DNA from: Raillietiella orientalis
Taxonomy: Eukaryota
DNA: 64,000 nt
Assembly: GCA_036172245.1 (NCBI GenBank)
Contig: JAYWIR010000016.1
Location: 1,612,001 to 1,676,000, forward strand
Direction: 5' to 3'
Position numbers and translations under genes: made by a program. The notes beneath the pieces are model-generated. The model searched no databases and had not been told where the DNA came from. It saw only the letters and a list, made by a program, of their open reading frames with translations. Positions 49,001 to 61,998 of this stretch are shown in pieces (positions within the stretch are counted from its first letter, which is position 1; every line of letters starts with the position of its first letter).

Positions 49001-50479
49001 ACCGTCAAGGTCCCCTCTCCTGGAAACGAGTGGTGAGTGGTGTCTCACACGAGTTGGTCCCGAGGGAAACGCGTCAGGCACCGTCTGCCTTCCTCTCAAA
49101 GTGCTTTCCTAATCCCCCTGTGCGAGCCTCCTCTGGACAGCTTTCAGTCTGGAAGCTCGGAGAGGAGGCACCCAAAGGGAGGTCGATGCGGACGTCCATC
49201 GTGCACGCCCGCAGAGACAGCCGCGGACGCGGGCTCTCACGAGTGAACACGGGTCTCATGGACGTTGCTTTTGTTCCCGTTTTCTTACCTAGATGGATGC
49301 TCATGCAAAGAGGCGGAGGGCGCTTAACAAAGCAGAAGTGGCGCACACATCTTGCCACGTGGTCACCTCTCGAGAGGAAGCAGTGAGTCGCCGCTGGTGG
49401 TTTTTGCGCGCCCTCGGATCCCGCGCTCAAACCTTACGGATTCCATTTTCATTACTTGGTGTCCCTCGAAGTCCTGAGAACATTTAAAGATGTTCCTCTG
49501 CATCCCTGATGCGTCTTTAATGTCTTCTTGGAGACTAGTCTGAATCTCGGGATTTCTGATGAGGAGAGAACAGAAGGAATGTCTCCCTATGAGGCGGAAG
49601 TGTTTCATCCGCTCCAGATTATTGCTTCGTGCGTGATGTGGAAGAAGAGATTTCCTTCCAGATTCACAGCGGCTTCGCAGCAACCTCCTGCTAATCCCAG
49701 CCTCTTGTTTGAACCCATCGGCCTCTTGCCATGTTTCCACGCTTGAATGCTCGAAAGGTTTTCCAGGAGCACGGCTAGTGCTTTCATCAGGGTGGGTCCG
49801 CATGTGAGGGGGCGAGCAAAACGACGAATAGAGATCCATAACTGATGACCCCTAGTGCGATGGGTGAGGTGACCATGGTGATTCCAGTCCGACCGTCCTG
49901 AACACAATGTTTACGGTCACAGGAAGGTCACGTGCAAGCAACTGTAGGGAGACAAAAAACAAAGGCAACGAGGCCAACAGGGACTCCATCCTCGCCGTTA
50001 CTTCCTTTATGAGGTTCACGACGAGATGGATTCACCTATCGAGACGTCATGATCAATTTTGCCAGCATCTCTGAGAGAATGCAGAAGACTCCAGGGAACG
50101 AACCTTTTCTTGATGCCTTTTCTTGCTCTCCCCGCTTAGAAAAAGGAATTTTTTTTTGTTTTTTTTTTTAGTCTTTCCTCCCTACCCCGTCGTTGTTCAG
50201 GTGGCCCTCGCTGAGAAGTCTGCGGATTGGTAGGGACGCCTCCCGGACACTCAGGTATTCAGTGGGATCTCGCTTCCCACTCTAGATGGATGACTTTTGG
50301 GGTGTGACTGTTTCTGCGGAAAAGTCATTACTCAATAAACGGCGGCGGAGCCACCCGCTGCAGACAGGTAGACGCAGACACGTCATGATTGTCTGAGGTG
50401 TGGCACTCTTTCCTCGTCCAGCATGCCACAGCTCTTTTAAATGCAACTCTACCTACGCTCTTCTCCACTCTGTGGCCCT

Positions 50480-50650
50480 CACTGGAGGCCATGTGGCTAT
50501 GGGCCTCCGCACGTGGTATCAAACCCCTCTCGGGTTCGAATCTACAGGTGGAGGATCGACGCCGAGAAATGGGAGGTTGCCGTGGGTTTCGAGTTCCCTC
50601 TGCAGAATGATTCCAGATGCTCTATTCAGGTACCGCACTGGGTGACAGCT
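50480..50650 (+). mobile_element. SINE head (tRNA-like), truncated at a LINE fragment
   Basis: B-box GGTTCGAATC (50533-50542) followed by caggtggaggatcgacgccgagaaatggg...cgtgggtttcgagtt as in the 25.1-kb copy. Confidence 0.75.
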
Positions 50651-51400
50651 GGTCACGCCAGGGCGTTTATTTATAAAAAAATAAACACACACTCTCAGGA
50701 CGTTTGATCCTGCCACGTTACTTAAAACTACGAGAAGGAACCTGCCGGTAACCGACACGCAGACCAGCGGGATTCGCCTCGGCAGCACAGGGGAAGGGGA
50801 GACAAAGAAAAAGGAAAAAATAATGCAAGAAACATATAGTCAAAAAAATGGGATGGAGGGGGGAGTACGGGAAGGGATCACCATGTGCGGGAGGATGTCC
50901 TCTGCATCCTTGTAAGGATGCCGTCAAGTTCCTGTTTCAAGACTCAGATGGGGACATTTTGACGCTGCACTCATGAAGAGGACAACAAAACAGATGGCGT
51001 CCCTGTCGTCCTGGCCTCTGGAGTTGCTCCACGAGGCCACGGTGCCACCGCGTGGGAAGCAAAGTGCTGCTGGGGATGCGGCCGGCGTGAGGGCATTGCG
51101 CAGGAAGAGGCTTTCAAACGTCCCTCTGGCGTTGCCGCCGGGGGTTCCTAGGGTTGCGGCAAAGCGTTTCCAAAGGGAACTGAGGGCAACACAGTCCTCA
51201 AGGAAGTGTGAGAGGGATTCCTGCTGCCCACACCTTGCGCAGTTTGGGTCCACACGCGTTCGTGCTACTGCATGGGAGGCCCCAGTGCAGCAGCATCGCT
51301 GCCGACTCCTGCCACTTTAAGGGGAGGGGGGGGCACGGGTGCTCATGGGCACCGGGGCCACTGCAGGTCTTCCTCCGGAATACCAGTAGCACGCTCCAGA
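50650..51400 (-). mobile_element. Tx1/L1-like 3' end (zf-RVT and UTR)
   Basis: ORF 50924..51253 PNCARCGQQESLSHFLEDCVALSSLWKRF; UTR with AATAAA and GC-rich terminus. Confidence 0.8.
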
Positions 51401-51429
51401 ACAAAAGTCCATGATGGCGAACAATCGGG

Positions 51430-52480
51430 GTAGCAGCGTCGGTGGGTTGACCTGTCGTCCACCTGTTCAGTCCTCTTCCGGAGGTTTCCACAATAACCTA
51501 CCATCTGGTTCAGCACTGGTGGAAACCAGATGTCCCCGTGGACTAGACGGGATTGAAACTTTACCCTTCGGGGTTCTTCCAGGAATCAAGAATCCGGTTC
51601 CCCTCGGGGCTCCCTTCCGGTTGTGAAAATGGAGCCGCCACCATAGTTGATAGCCCCTCGGGGAGTTGCCTTTCCAGAGTGTCAAGAAGCGCGCTTCTCC
51701 CTTCGGGGAGCGCTCTCCAGAGAAACTGGGAAGCGTCCCTTCTAGAAGGTTCTCTTCAGGAGGAAGAACCAAGAAGCGGATCCTTTCCGGGAGGTTCCTC
51801 CGAAGAAGAAATGAGGAGTAGCCCCCTTTGGGGGGTCCTTTCGGAGACAATCAGTGCGAGGGTTCCCTTCAAGGTTCCCCTACCAAGCGTGAGAGGAACG
51901 GATTCCTACCTCTGGATCCCTTCCTGGATTCACAGTATGGTCCCACCGGGATACTTCCGGGAATCATGGATCCGGTTTCCTTCGAGGTCCCCTCCGGTTA
52001 TGAAAATGGAACTGTCCCTTTCGGAAGGAGACCTTTCATTTCGTATTATGGGGCTGGTTGGCACCTCCCTTGGGGTATCGCCTCTCCAGAGTGTTAGGAA
52101 ACGCGCTGCTCCTTTCGGGAGCACCTTCCAGAGAAATCCGGAAGAGTCACCACAGTGCTCTCTCCAGGAGAGAAGCGAACAAGGAACGGATCCTTTCTGA
52201 GTTCCCTTTGGAGAAGGTGGGAGTTGCCCCCTGCAGAGGACTCCTTCGGAGAGAATAGGAGAGAGGTTTCCTTCGGGGTTCTCTTCCAAGCGTAAGGAGA
52301 GCTGACTCCTTCCTCCATGGTCTTCCTGGATTCATAGGATGGCCCCCTCCCAGGGTACCCCCTAACTTGAAGAGTTACTACACGCACCCTTAGAGTGCGT
52401 GAATAGCGTTGAAGAATCCCTCCTAAGGGAGACGACCGGTTTTTCAGCACTTGGAGAGCCAAACAAAAGAAAAGAAAGGA
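51430..52480 (+). mobile_element. SINE body with internal tandem duplication and A-rich tail
   Basis: Body segment occurs twice (from ~51571 and ~51948); 3' end cggtttttcagcacttggagagcc then A-rich. Confidence 0.75.
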
Positions 52481-52899
52481 AACCCGAAAAGGAAAAGAAA
52501 GAACTGGAAGGGAAGAGGCGGAAAAGGAACCCAAGGGACTTCCATCATCCCGGCAAGGTGGGAAGTGACTCGCTGCATAGCAGCAAAAAACAAACTTCTG
52601 GGGGCGGCGGGTGACTCGGGAAGCCACGGACGCTGCGACCCCGAGTGGCCCACCCCACGGACTTGCGCACTGGGGAGAGCTGCTCGTCATCCCTCCGGAG
52701 GAGGTGAAGTGGTCCCCAGCGTGCTGGAACAGTGGTGTCCAGTCCCGGAAATGGCAGGAGTTGGCGTTGCTGTTGTTGCATGGGGGGATCCCGTGCAAGA
52801 CGCGCCTTCAGGTTCACCACGGCCTGATTGGCGAAAGACGTCGTTCGGACCTAATTCGCTAAATACGGCACCGTCCAAGCGCTGTGGACTAAGCCCAGT

Positions 52900-55290
52900 C
52901 CCTTCGAAGGCTTCGAGGGGGTCACGGATCACGGTCTGTGCAGATGGTGGGCTTCCCCACGGACTGCAGGTCGATGACGAGTTCATTGGACTCATCATCA
53001 ACCTATGGTATGTGGGGAAACCCAAATACTGAGGACACCTCAAAGGGAGGTGCCCCCATATCGGCTGCTTGCAGCGCGAAAACGAAGGGCACACACAAGA
53101 TGTGCCCCGAAAAGAGCCCCCGCGACGCGCCCGCTAAAAGCGGAAAAAGCGCGCAGTTAATGGGAGGGGAGGGGGACGTGGGAAAACCGGAAATGAAGTC
53201 GTTGCCTACCATGCAGGCCTCGGCCTCAGAACCCACCAAAGAGACAGGCGAAGAGCCTGGCTGAACGATCGCGAGGAACAGGAAAGGCAAGGCAACGATA
53301 ACCATAAAGAAAGTCGCAGAACGCGGCAATGAAACGGTGGGCAGCCATTTCAAAGAGTGCACTAAGAGCACCAAACGCGTTTCGCGGTCGAGCCTGTACC
53401 GTCGCTGACCTGGCCAACGCCGAACTTCCCCCCCCCTGTTGCGCAAACAGTCGCCGAGAAGAGCGAACGGCGGAGCTGGCGACCACGTCGGTTCAGCCAG
53501 TCAAGACTGAAAAGGTCTTGAGGCGTCCTCTGGAAAGGGTCTGAAATCTCCAGGCTCCGACCAGGAAGCCAAAAGCTCGTCCTCCGTCGCTGCACTTCGT
53601 CGGAAGGCCGGCTGGAAGTCGAAGACTTCTCTCCGGCGCGACTCCCCTGGTGAAGGGGGGAGGGCCGGCCTCCGAAAGCGAGACGTCCATGAGCTCGGGA
53701 ACGCGAGACTCCTCACAGTAGAGTCCCGGGCTCCAAAACCTACGGAAGGCACCCCACAGGTGTTCTTGGGCCCCAGTATCCCTGAAAGCTCCCCTCCCGC
53801 TCAGGAGACGGGCACTCCATCGCCAGTTTCGCAGGAGCAAATCCCGAGCTCGCCTCTCGCCGCCGGCGAGCAGCCGGCCTGTTGAAAAGTTCAACGAGCT
53901 GCGCGACGGCTACAAGAAACAGGACGTAGACACCACCTTGCGAGACTTCGACCTGTTGCTGTTGTAGGAGATCCACGTGATCCCCGCACAGGGAGCCCAG
54001 GAAATCGAAAGGATCGTTGGCGGTAGGCTACTCTGGCGTTGCAGTTCCAATTGCTCCTGCGGAGTGGTCTTCCTGCTGAAGCCGGCCATCGACAACGCCC
54101 TTTCCGGCGTACACTTTCGACGAAGAAGGTCGAGTTGGACAGCTTGTGGTCCGATTCGATCGACCTCTTCATCACAAACGTGTTCGCGCCCAGGGGCAAT
54201 GGGGCTAACTTAGAATGGACAACGTTCTTAGTGGGCTTGAAGCACGGCTGGTCGAAGCAGGCGTGCGGAGAGCACACCTGACAGCGGATGACTTCAACGT
54301 CCGCCTGCTGTGCACCGAATGGAAGTGCCAATCTGGTCAACACACACCTCGCCGCAACGCTGTCTGCCCTCAGGGCAAGAGATGACAGTTGCCTACCGAA
54401 GAGGTGGGAGTTCTTAATCCTGAGCCATCGCAGGAAAAAAAAAACTTTGGTTACTGGAAGACACGCAACTTGGCGGATGCTGCTACTCCGGGTGCTATGG
54501 CAACGGAACTCCTTCGGTGGAGCGAAATTTCGAATGCTGTCTTTGAAACACTTGTGGTCCATCCCCACTGTTTGGACACTTCGGTGTTCCCTCTCTCTTG
54601 CAAACAGGACGTGCTGCTCTTCATCCATTGGGGATTTCAGTGCAACGAGCGACGGAACCCAGTTTCCTCAGGGATTGCATCCCCGAACTATGCCAGGTGC
54701 TTGTCGGCGGAGTCGATCCTGACGCACGTGCTCCTGGACTTCGGTGCCCTCCAGGAACTGTGGCGGAGGCTGGCAATAGCGCTCCTGCACTGAGAGGACG
54801 CTGTCCGAGATGTGCTGTGACTGTTCTTCGCTCCGGGAGGACTCTCGATGAGCGTGGCGATCGTCACCATGGGTTGCATCCGTGCCGTCGTCACAGCCGT
54901 CCTGTGCTCGAGACAACCACGCAGTGAAGAGAGGTCACCAGGTTGGCAGCCGCTTACATGAGGACGGCTGCAAGGTGGAGGTCGCGGAGGCGGAAGGAGA
55001 GACAAAGGAGGAAATCTCCGGCATCCATCTCCGGTTGACGGACAGTTAAGAAGGACGGACCTGGGTGACCCTTGACCACCCTCACCCTTTATTTATTTAT
55101 TTTTTTCATTCATGTCCGCTCCGCAACTTTCCCGGTGTTTTTGTTTTATCTCAGTGCCTCTAGAAGCGAACTCAAAGATCCCTGTCTTACCCCACCGCGT
55201 TTCTTTTTTTTTGTTTGGGGGGAGAGGGGGGGAGCATCTGGACGACCTATCTGTTCTCCTGCTGTCTCTACGCGCTAACAAATATTTGTT
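52900..55290 (+). mobile_element. Decayed, internally deleted Tx1/L1-like LINE (ORF1 zinc knuckle, APE, zf-RVT, UTR)
   Basis: YVGKP...GHLKGRCP knuckle; DFDLLLL*EIH, GVVFLL, ITNVFAP, DDFN APE motifs; joined directly to ARCLSAESILTHVLL zf-RVT. Confidence 0.75.
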
Positions 55291-57190
55291 TCAGCTACCA
55301 GCAAGTACATGGAGTGCCCGTTCAGTGCGGCATAAGGCAAGAAGACAGCCTGACCCCCCTGCTCTTCAGCATCTACTTGGAGTTGGTGCTAAGAGCAGAC
55401 AAGGAGACTCTGGTAACCCTGTAGAGCTCGTTTCCGGAAACGCTTGCCGTGTCGGCCTATGTGGATGGTCTCCTGCTGCTGCTTCCCATGTCCACCTCGG
55501 CGTGTGCACTCGAGGGCTTCGAGTTGTCAAGCTACGGGACGGGCTTGGTGGCAAATGGAGCAAAATAGTCCGTAGTTCCAGTTCATCGTCCGTTGGTGGG
55601 ACTGCGTCTGCTTGGGGAACCCCACAGACGAATACTTCAAGAATCTTCCGTTTGGAGACTTATGCGTAACAGAAGCCTGGTCCCGTCATCTCCAAAAGGT
55701 AGACATGGAGCTCGGCCCGTTCCAAAACGACAGGTTTTGCTTGCCGGAACGGGCCGTGGAGAGGCACTCGTTTGCGACTCCACTCCTCCGCCCCCTGCTT
55801 TTTATTTGCTCTGTCCCTCCTGACATCAAGCGAAGAACCGGGGACTTCCTGAGAAAAACCCTGTGGACCACAGGGAGCTCCAGAGTTCATCTCGAAGACT
55901 TCAGCGCTCCGCGTAGGGATCGTGGACTGGGCCTCCGTACGCCGCAGAGGATAAAGCGTCAGTTCCAATTCAGAAGACTAGCCTTCGCGGCGAGATTATG
56001 GACCATGCCCTGGTGCGCACCAGCACGGCTCCTCGCGAAGAACACAACCGGCTGCAAGGGACTCACGTTCCTCCCCGCCGGGGATACCAACTTCGCCAGC
56101 TGGTTGCTCTGGTGGAGGAGAACACCTGGATCTTCTGCCTCTCCGCGAGCTGCACTTCCCGGCTTCTGGAGTCGATCTTCGCTCGGAGGAAGATCCACGG
56201 TGCGAGCGAGGCGGGGCACGCCTGCCTGCGACGAGGCATCAACGCTCGCAAGTCGCTGGAAGAGATCGTCCTCAACCCGCTCAAGATGCGGTGGACCTCG
56301 TCTGCTCCACTTGCCCCAGTGCTGCTTACCCTAGGGGACGCAAGGGGCAGCGTAATCCCGGCAAGGTGGGAAGTGACTTGCTGCATAGCAGCAAAGAAGA
56401 AATTATTGGGGTCGTGAACAACTCGACGCTGCGACCCCGAGTGTTCCACCCCAAGGACTTCTACGCTGGGGGGAGCTGCTCGACATTCCCCCGGAAAAGG
56501 TGAAGGAGGGCCCCAGAGTTCTGGAACAGTGGCACCTTCTTCCTCAAGTGGCAGGAGTTGGTGTTTCTGGTGTTGCATGGGGGAATCCCATGCAAAGCAC
56601 ATCTTCATCATTGGACACGGAGAGCGAGGGTGCTCGGTGGGACAGTTGCGGGAAGGAGGAAATCAACTCGCACCTGCTGACTGTGCTGCCCTCCGTTCCC
56701 TTTGATATCGCCTCGCGACCATCCTAGGAATCGCGATGGGCGGCCCCAGGGACATTTTCAGATGCCTCTTGGCGCTCGGTGCCGTTCTGCCGCCAGCCAC
56801 GTCCTTCTCTGTTCTCCGGTGTCTTCGTGGGATGGCGGTGGCCTGGGATGCCAGAAGACAAGGTCGAAATGGGAGGGACGCCATCCACTGGGGGCGGATC
56901 TTCCTGGGGACCGCTTCGAGAAGGCCCCACCTGTGCGAGACACGGGCGGAACTTGCTGGCATCGTGAGCAGGGTGTTGGCAAGTTCCCTCCCCTATTTTG
57001 TGTGTATATGTGTTTTTCTTGCTTTTGTTTTTCCTTCCCCCACGCTGCTGATGCGGACCGCACCAGTCTGCGTGCCGTTCTTCGGCAGATGCATTGCACG
57101 TGGTAGAACCCAGGGCTCCACCACACCAATGTATTTCTATTGCTTTACGTAAGAAGTGCTCCGGCATAGCCGGGTGATAATCATCCCTTT
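55290..57190 (+). mobile_element. Decayed 5'-truncated Tx1/L1-like LINE (RT domain 4 to 3' UTR)
   Basis: GIRQEDSLTPLLFSIYLE, AYVD, LW..G..RV.L..P..RGLG, zf-RVT and 3' terminus ccggcatagccgggtgataatc. Confidence 0.8.
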
Positions 57191-57699
57191 GCTGTGATCA
57201 CCTTTGCTGTTTATCCCTTAGTGAGCGCCATTTTGCTTTCAAGCTCTTCACGCGAATGGGAAGGTAGGTTTTCGGAGAGCCAACCTCGATGGGACGTTGA
57301 CGAGATTCGGAATGCCGTTGCCTCGCGGATGAAGGATGCTTTCACACAGCCTTGCACGACGCGCCATCTGTCGCCACCATCTCCCCAGAGACCTCACATT
57401 CCGTTGGGGTCACAGTTCACGAGACTGCAGGCTTTTTCGGAGCGATGCCTGCGAAGCCGTCACCACCCAAACGGCCGAGGCACCAGATGCGCTCATCACG
57501 CTGTTCCCTGCAGACATGGCAGATGGGCACGTGCCGCACTTGCGTCTTCGAACTCCTCCTCGGAAAAGTAGGTGCAAGAAGGACCCCTGTGCCCCGCCTC
57601 TGTAGTATAGGGGGATGATGTCAGCAACCGCCGAGTTTCACTGGAAATAAATGGCAAATTTGTCTTCCGGTGGAGCAGCGCGCTGCTCCGTCGAGAGGC

Positions 57700-59250
57700 A
57701 GTCTGTTACTTCGTTTGCACTTTGATTTTCCCTGCAGAAGGAAAGTTCCACCACTGGTCCACACCTGGATTTCCTGGATCCCTTCCTCCTCCCGGATTCA
57801 GATCAAGGGGCGTTCTGCTCTCGAAAGAGCTCGTCTGTTTGGAGGAACATGGCAGGAACCTGAGAGGCCAGCAACCTTCAAAGAAGAGCCGAAGTTGCGA
57901 TGTCGACCAGAAGAAAGAATCTGGGGCCTTGAGCAAAGGGATGGTCCAGTGCCACTTCCATCTTTCCTTATCCCGACGCAGATACCCGCATTTCTGGCTT
58001 CTTCTATTCACGCCTACCGTTTTCAGCAGCAGCCTCGAAATGGGGAAACTCCCGGGAGTTCTCGAAGTCCAGCGTTCCCACAGACCTTCCCCTCTCTGCT
58101 ACACAGGAGGCCTCCAGATTTCTCGTGCTGGGCCATCTGGCGGCTGCGCCTCTGGGACACGTGGCTTGCAGCTTCCCGTTTGCCCGGAATCTCCAGTGCA
58201 GAGGAGCGCCTAAAGATCAGGACATCCTTCCTCTCTTTTGCGGATGAGAGAGCTGGATGGGGCTTGCAGGAATTCATCCGGAAGTCGGACGGGAAGGGAG
58301 GGACTCAGTAAGCCGACCTCACCCGAGGTCCTGCAGTCAGAGGCCGAGCACCCAGTAACTCTGGAAATCAAACAGATCCAGTCAGCAGAGACGCCCTCCA
58401 GGACAGCAGGAAGAAGACGCCCGAAAGGAAGATCTACCGACCAGCCATTGCCAAGAGGCACGTCCATCTGCCTGATTGTTTCCCCGAGGCTTCCGTTGCC
58501 TATCGATCCAGCGCAGGGGTCAACGACGCTCTTCCTCCTCCTTTCCCTGATTCTCCTCCTCATGCCGGGAGGGGGTACACCTGCAAGGGGAGGGAAATGA
58601 TGAGACTTTGGACTGCGGGAAGTGGGGAGGGAGGAGGGGGCTGCAGGAATGAAGTAGGAAACAGGAGTAGGGAAGAAGGGGAGGCAACCTTCAGAGAACG
58701 GCGCCCAGGGGAGGAAACCTCCACCCCATTGCACGCTGCCCTTTGCAAGGGAATCGCGCGCGCTTTCCCACGATAGGTCCACTTGGCGGCAGTAAGAACC
58801 GCTATCGGAAGCGGCGTGCTTCCCAAACAAGGAAGGGGGGGGGGAGTGAGAGCAAGAAGTCTTCTTTTCCTGACTTCTTCCATACTCCTCTTCCCGATTT
58901 CAGGAAGGAGGGAAGTTGAAGGAGGGAAAGAATGGGAAGAGCGGGGAGGAAGGAGAAAGAAACTGTTGGGATTGTGGAGGCCTACCAGCGCGCTCCAGAA
59001 AGATCTCCAGAGAAGCCGTTGGGAAGAAACTCCCGAAGGCCCAAGATGAGAGAGGAAGAGGGAGTCTAGGAGCTAGGGAGATCCCGGAATCGTTCTCTCG
59101 TAACCCCATCTTCTCCTCAGGGGTCGCTCAAGCGAGGGAGCGGGCAAAGAGAGTCCTCCCTTCCCGGAACGGAGCGATACCATCTTGTCCGGAATTTCCC
59201 AAGGAGAACCCCCCGTGCGGCCGCAGGCAGCTCGGGGCGACCGGGATCGC
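57700..59250 (-). mobile_element. Decayed Tx1/L1-like ORF1 and APE
   Basis: TYRGK (YRGQ-like) in ORF1 and LDLFDFQSY (DI..LQETH-like) in APE. Confidence 0.4.
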
Positions 59251-59908
59251 CCTAGGGTGAAAGGCCTGCACCCGTGATCCTCTGCTTCCCGTCCGCTCCG
59301 GGACGCACTCGCTCCTGGAGCTCCGCCGCCTCGATGCCGGAGCAGCGGAGTCCGGGAGGAAACGGACGCTGCCGCGCGATCTCTCTGGAAAAGGGAGGGA
59401 GGAGCAATCGCGTGAAGGCCGAAGGGAGGGGTTTGCAGGACGAGCGTAAGGGAGCGAGGGAAGGCGTCCCTCGTCCCGTCTGAAGTGCGTCCCGAGACCT
59501 CGACTCCCGGAAGGATTCATTCTCGGAGGATCGCGTGAGCTGGCAATCGTGCACGCCGTCAGAAGCAGTGAGGGACTTTTCGGCAATAGCCATGCCTGGA
59601 GAACGTCCTGCTTTCCCAGACGGGACTGCAGACCAAGGGATCCCTCCGAGCAATTTCTTCCCCCCCTCCTCCATTCTCTTCCTTCGTGCGAACTCGAACC
59701 TTCGACGGAAAGCGCAAGCAGACAAGGAATAGCGAGGAGCCCTTCCTTCCTCTTTTCTGCTGCTGCCTTCTGGGATGGCCCGCGCCAGGAATGCTGCGGT
59801 TGCCTTCGCCGCCTGTTTCATCAAAGGCTGCACAAGCAGAAGGCGACGGATGTGTTCAGCACGTGATCCACCCATTCGTCTTCTTAGGCGGCAAAATGAA
59901 GATCCTCC

Positions 59909-60916
59909 TCCAGTCTCCCTCGCCGGCGTAACAAGGGAAGAGGGAACCTCCCCTCCTCGGAAGGAGCATCTTTTAATAATCCTGCACGCCATCTAGGTAG
60001 CATTCAGGATTTTCCGTCTGGTCCTTTCCCATCCACACTCACGTTCGTGTTCCCTCCTCCGGGATGGATGTCCGAGTGCTACGCAAGAGCATGCCCTCCT
60101 CTTTTGATCTTCATCGCTTCTCATCAATCACGCTGTCCGAAATCATAGGTTCCCTCGCGACACGCCACCCTGAGGGCTTTCCTCGACCCGAGTCGTTTGC
60201 AACCTCCGGCCTGCAGACGGAAGGATCAGCTGCATCCGTTGCATCTCGGTTGGAGGACCTGCGTCAGCTTGAACTTTTCAGCAGTTCCATGGCTCCGGAG
60301 GTTCTTGAGTGCTTCTTGAGTCGTGCGGGTCTGCTGGTGGGCTCGCCTTCGAGAGTGATTCTTGCTCGGATTCTGCCCGTCATTAACCGGGACAGCAAGC
60401 AAGAATCTTGGCGCACAGACACAGAGCAAACACGCCCGGTCCATAGCGCATGGGGAAAATACTAGCCGTGAAAAGGCCACCATCTCATCGAAGCTCCCGG
60501 ATTTACGGATAGACCGGGAACTTCCACCGATCTTTTCGCTTCCCTTCCCGCGATGGAGACGGAGGCGAGGAGCCACAAGAGTCCTCCTTCCCGTGCGCTG
60601 CCGGCGGAGAGAAGCGCGGAAATCACTCTCGATTCGGGTCGAGGAAAGCCCTCAGGGTGGCGTGTCGCGAGGGAACCTATGATTTCGGACAGCGTGATTG
60701 AGGAGAAGCGATGAAGATCAAAAGAGGAGGGCATGCTCTTGCGTAGCACTCGGACATCCATCCCGGAGGAGGGAACACGAACGTGAGTGTGGATGGGAAA
60801 GGACTAGACGGAAAATCCTGAATGCTACCTAGATGGCGTGCAGGATTATTAAAAGATGCTCCGTCCGAGGAGGGGAGGTTCCCTCTTCCCTTGTTACGCC
60901 GGCGAGGGAGACTGGA
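59909..60916. repeat. 287-bp inverted repeat (59909-60195 / 60630-60916) with 434-bp spacer
   Basis: Arms are reverse complements with 4 mismatches by eye; ORF track shows the same peptides on both strands (60064+ and 60761-). Confidence 0.95.
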
Positions 60917-61998
60917 TGCGCATCGACGTGGTGGCGCGCCAGACATGATCTCCGGCTCAGCCAAGCCGTTGGTCGACAGGAACGATCTTTGCTCTGTGAG
61001 CCTCTAAGAAAGGGGGATGAGAAGTCCCGGTTCCCATCTCGGAGCGACAATCCTCGAGGTTTCCCCGTCCGTTTCTTGCATCCTTTTTTGATTTCCTGCT
61101 TCAACTCAAGCGCGGATGCCGCCACAGTAGGCGGGGAAGAACGCGGGGGACAACTTCGCGAAAAGCGGGAAGAGTTGCCCTTCTGGAACGCCTCCGCCGG
61201 CGTTCCCGCTCTTGCTGCGCAAGATTTTGGCATGGCTCGAAGCCGGGTGGCAGTTTTATCTTTCAGCGGCGCGCCGGTCGAAAACCATTGCGAGAATCCG
61301 CCGTGCATTATCTTCTACCGAGGACAAAAAGAAAGACAGAACCCTCTCTTCCAATCGAGCCTCCCATCTTCTCAGGGTTGGTTTTCCTTGTTCTCCTGAT
61401 GAGGTGCGCTCTGGCATCGGGCAAACTTTGATGTTCGCACAGATGCAGCAAGAAATATGCGCCGCTTCTGTTCCGTTCCTGGAAACTGAAATATTTAGCG
61501 CTGGGTACTCAATTCCGTTCTTGGCACCCTCCCTGCATCTCTGCAGCGTGCTGTGGTAACAATGAATATTTAAAAAACCGGGAGAATGCATGGCATAAGG
61601 ACTTCCTCTTGGAGGGCATTATTTATTGCAAGAGGTTCCTCCGAATCCAGAATCCCGGTTGCGCAGTGTTACCGTGTAGCGAACTTCCCCTTGCAGACGA
61701 CGACATTCCGCCGGAGCAATCCATTCTTTCGTCGGCGCTTGTCAACATGCGTCGAATTGTTTTGCAATGGCTGCTCACGTTTTATTTATATTCCTAGCAA
61801 TTAACCCGTCTCGCATTCGCGGAGTCGCACACACCGGCCTGCTGGGAGGACCGGCTCTCGTCTCCATGGAAGCCGCCCCAAGATCCCGCTGCTGTCGCCC
61901 CCCATAATTCACGCGGTGAGCCGCGTGGATCACGTGGATCACTGTGCTTGTGCGAGGATGATCAACCAGACGCTCCCGCCGATCCCTCGTGGCGCAGA

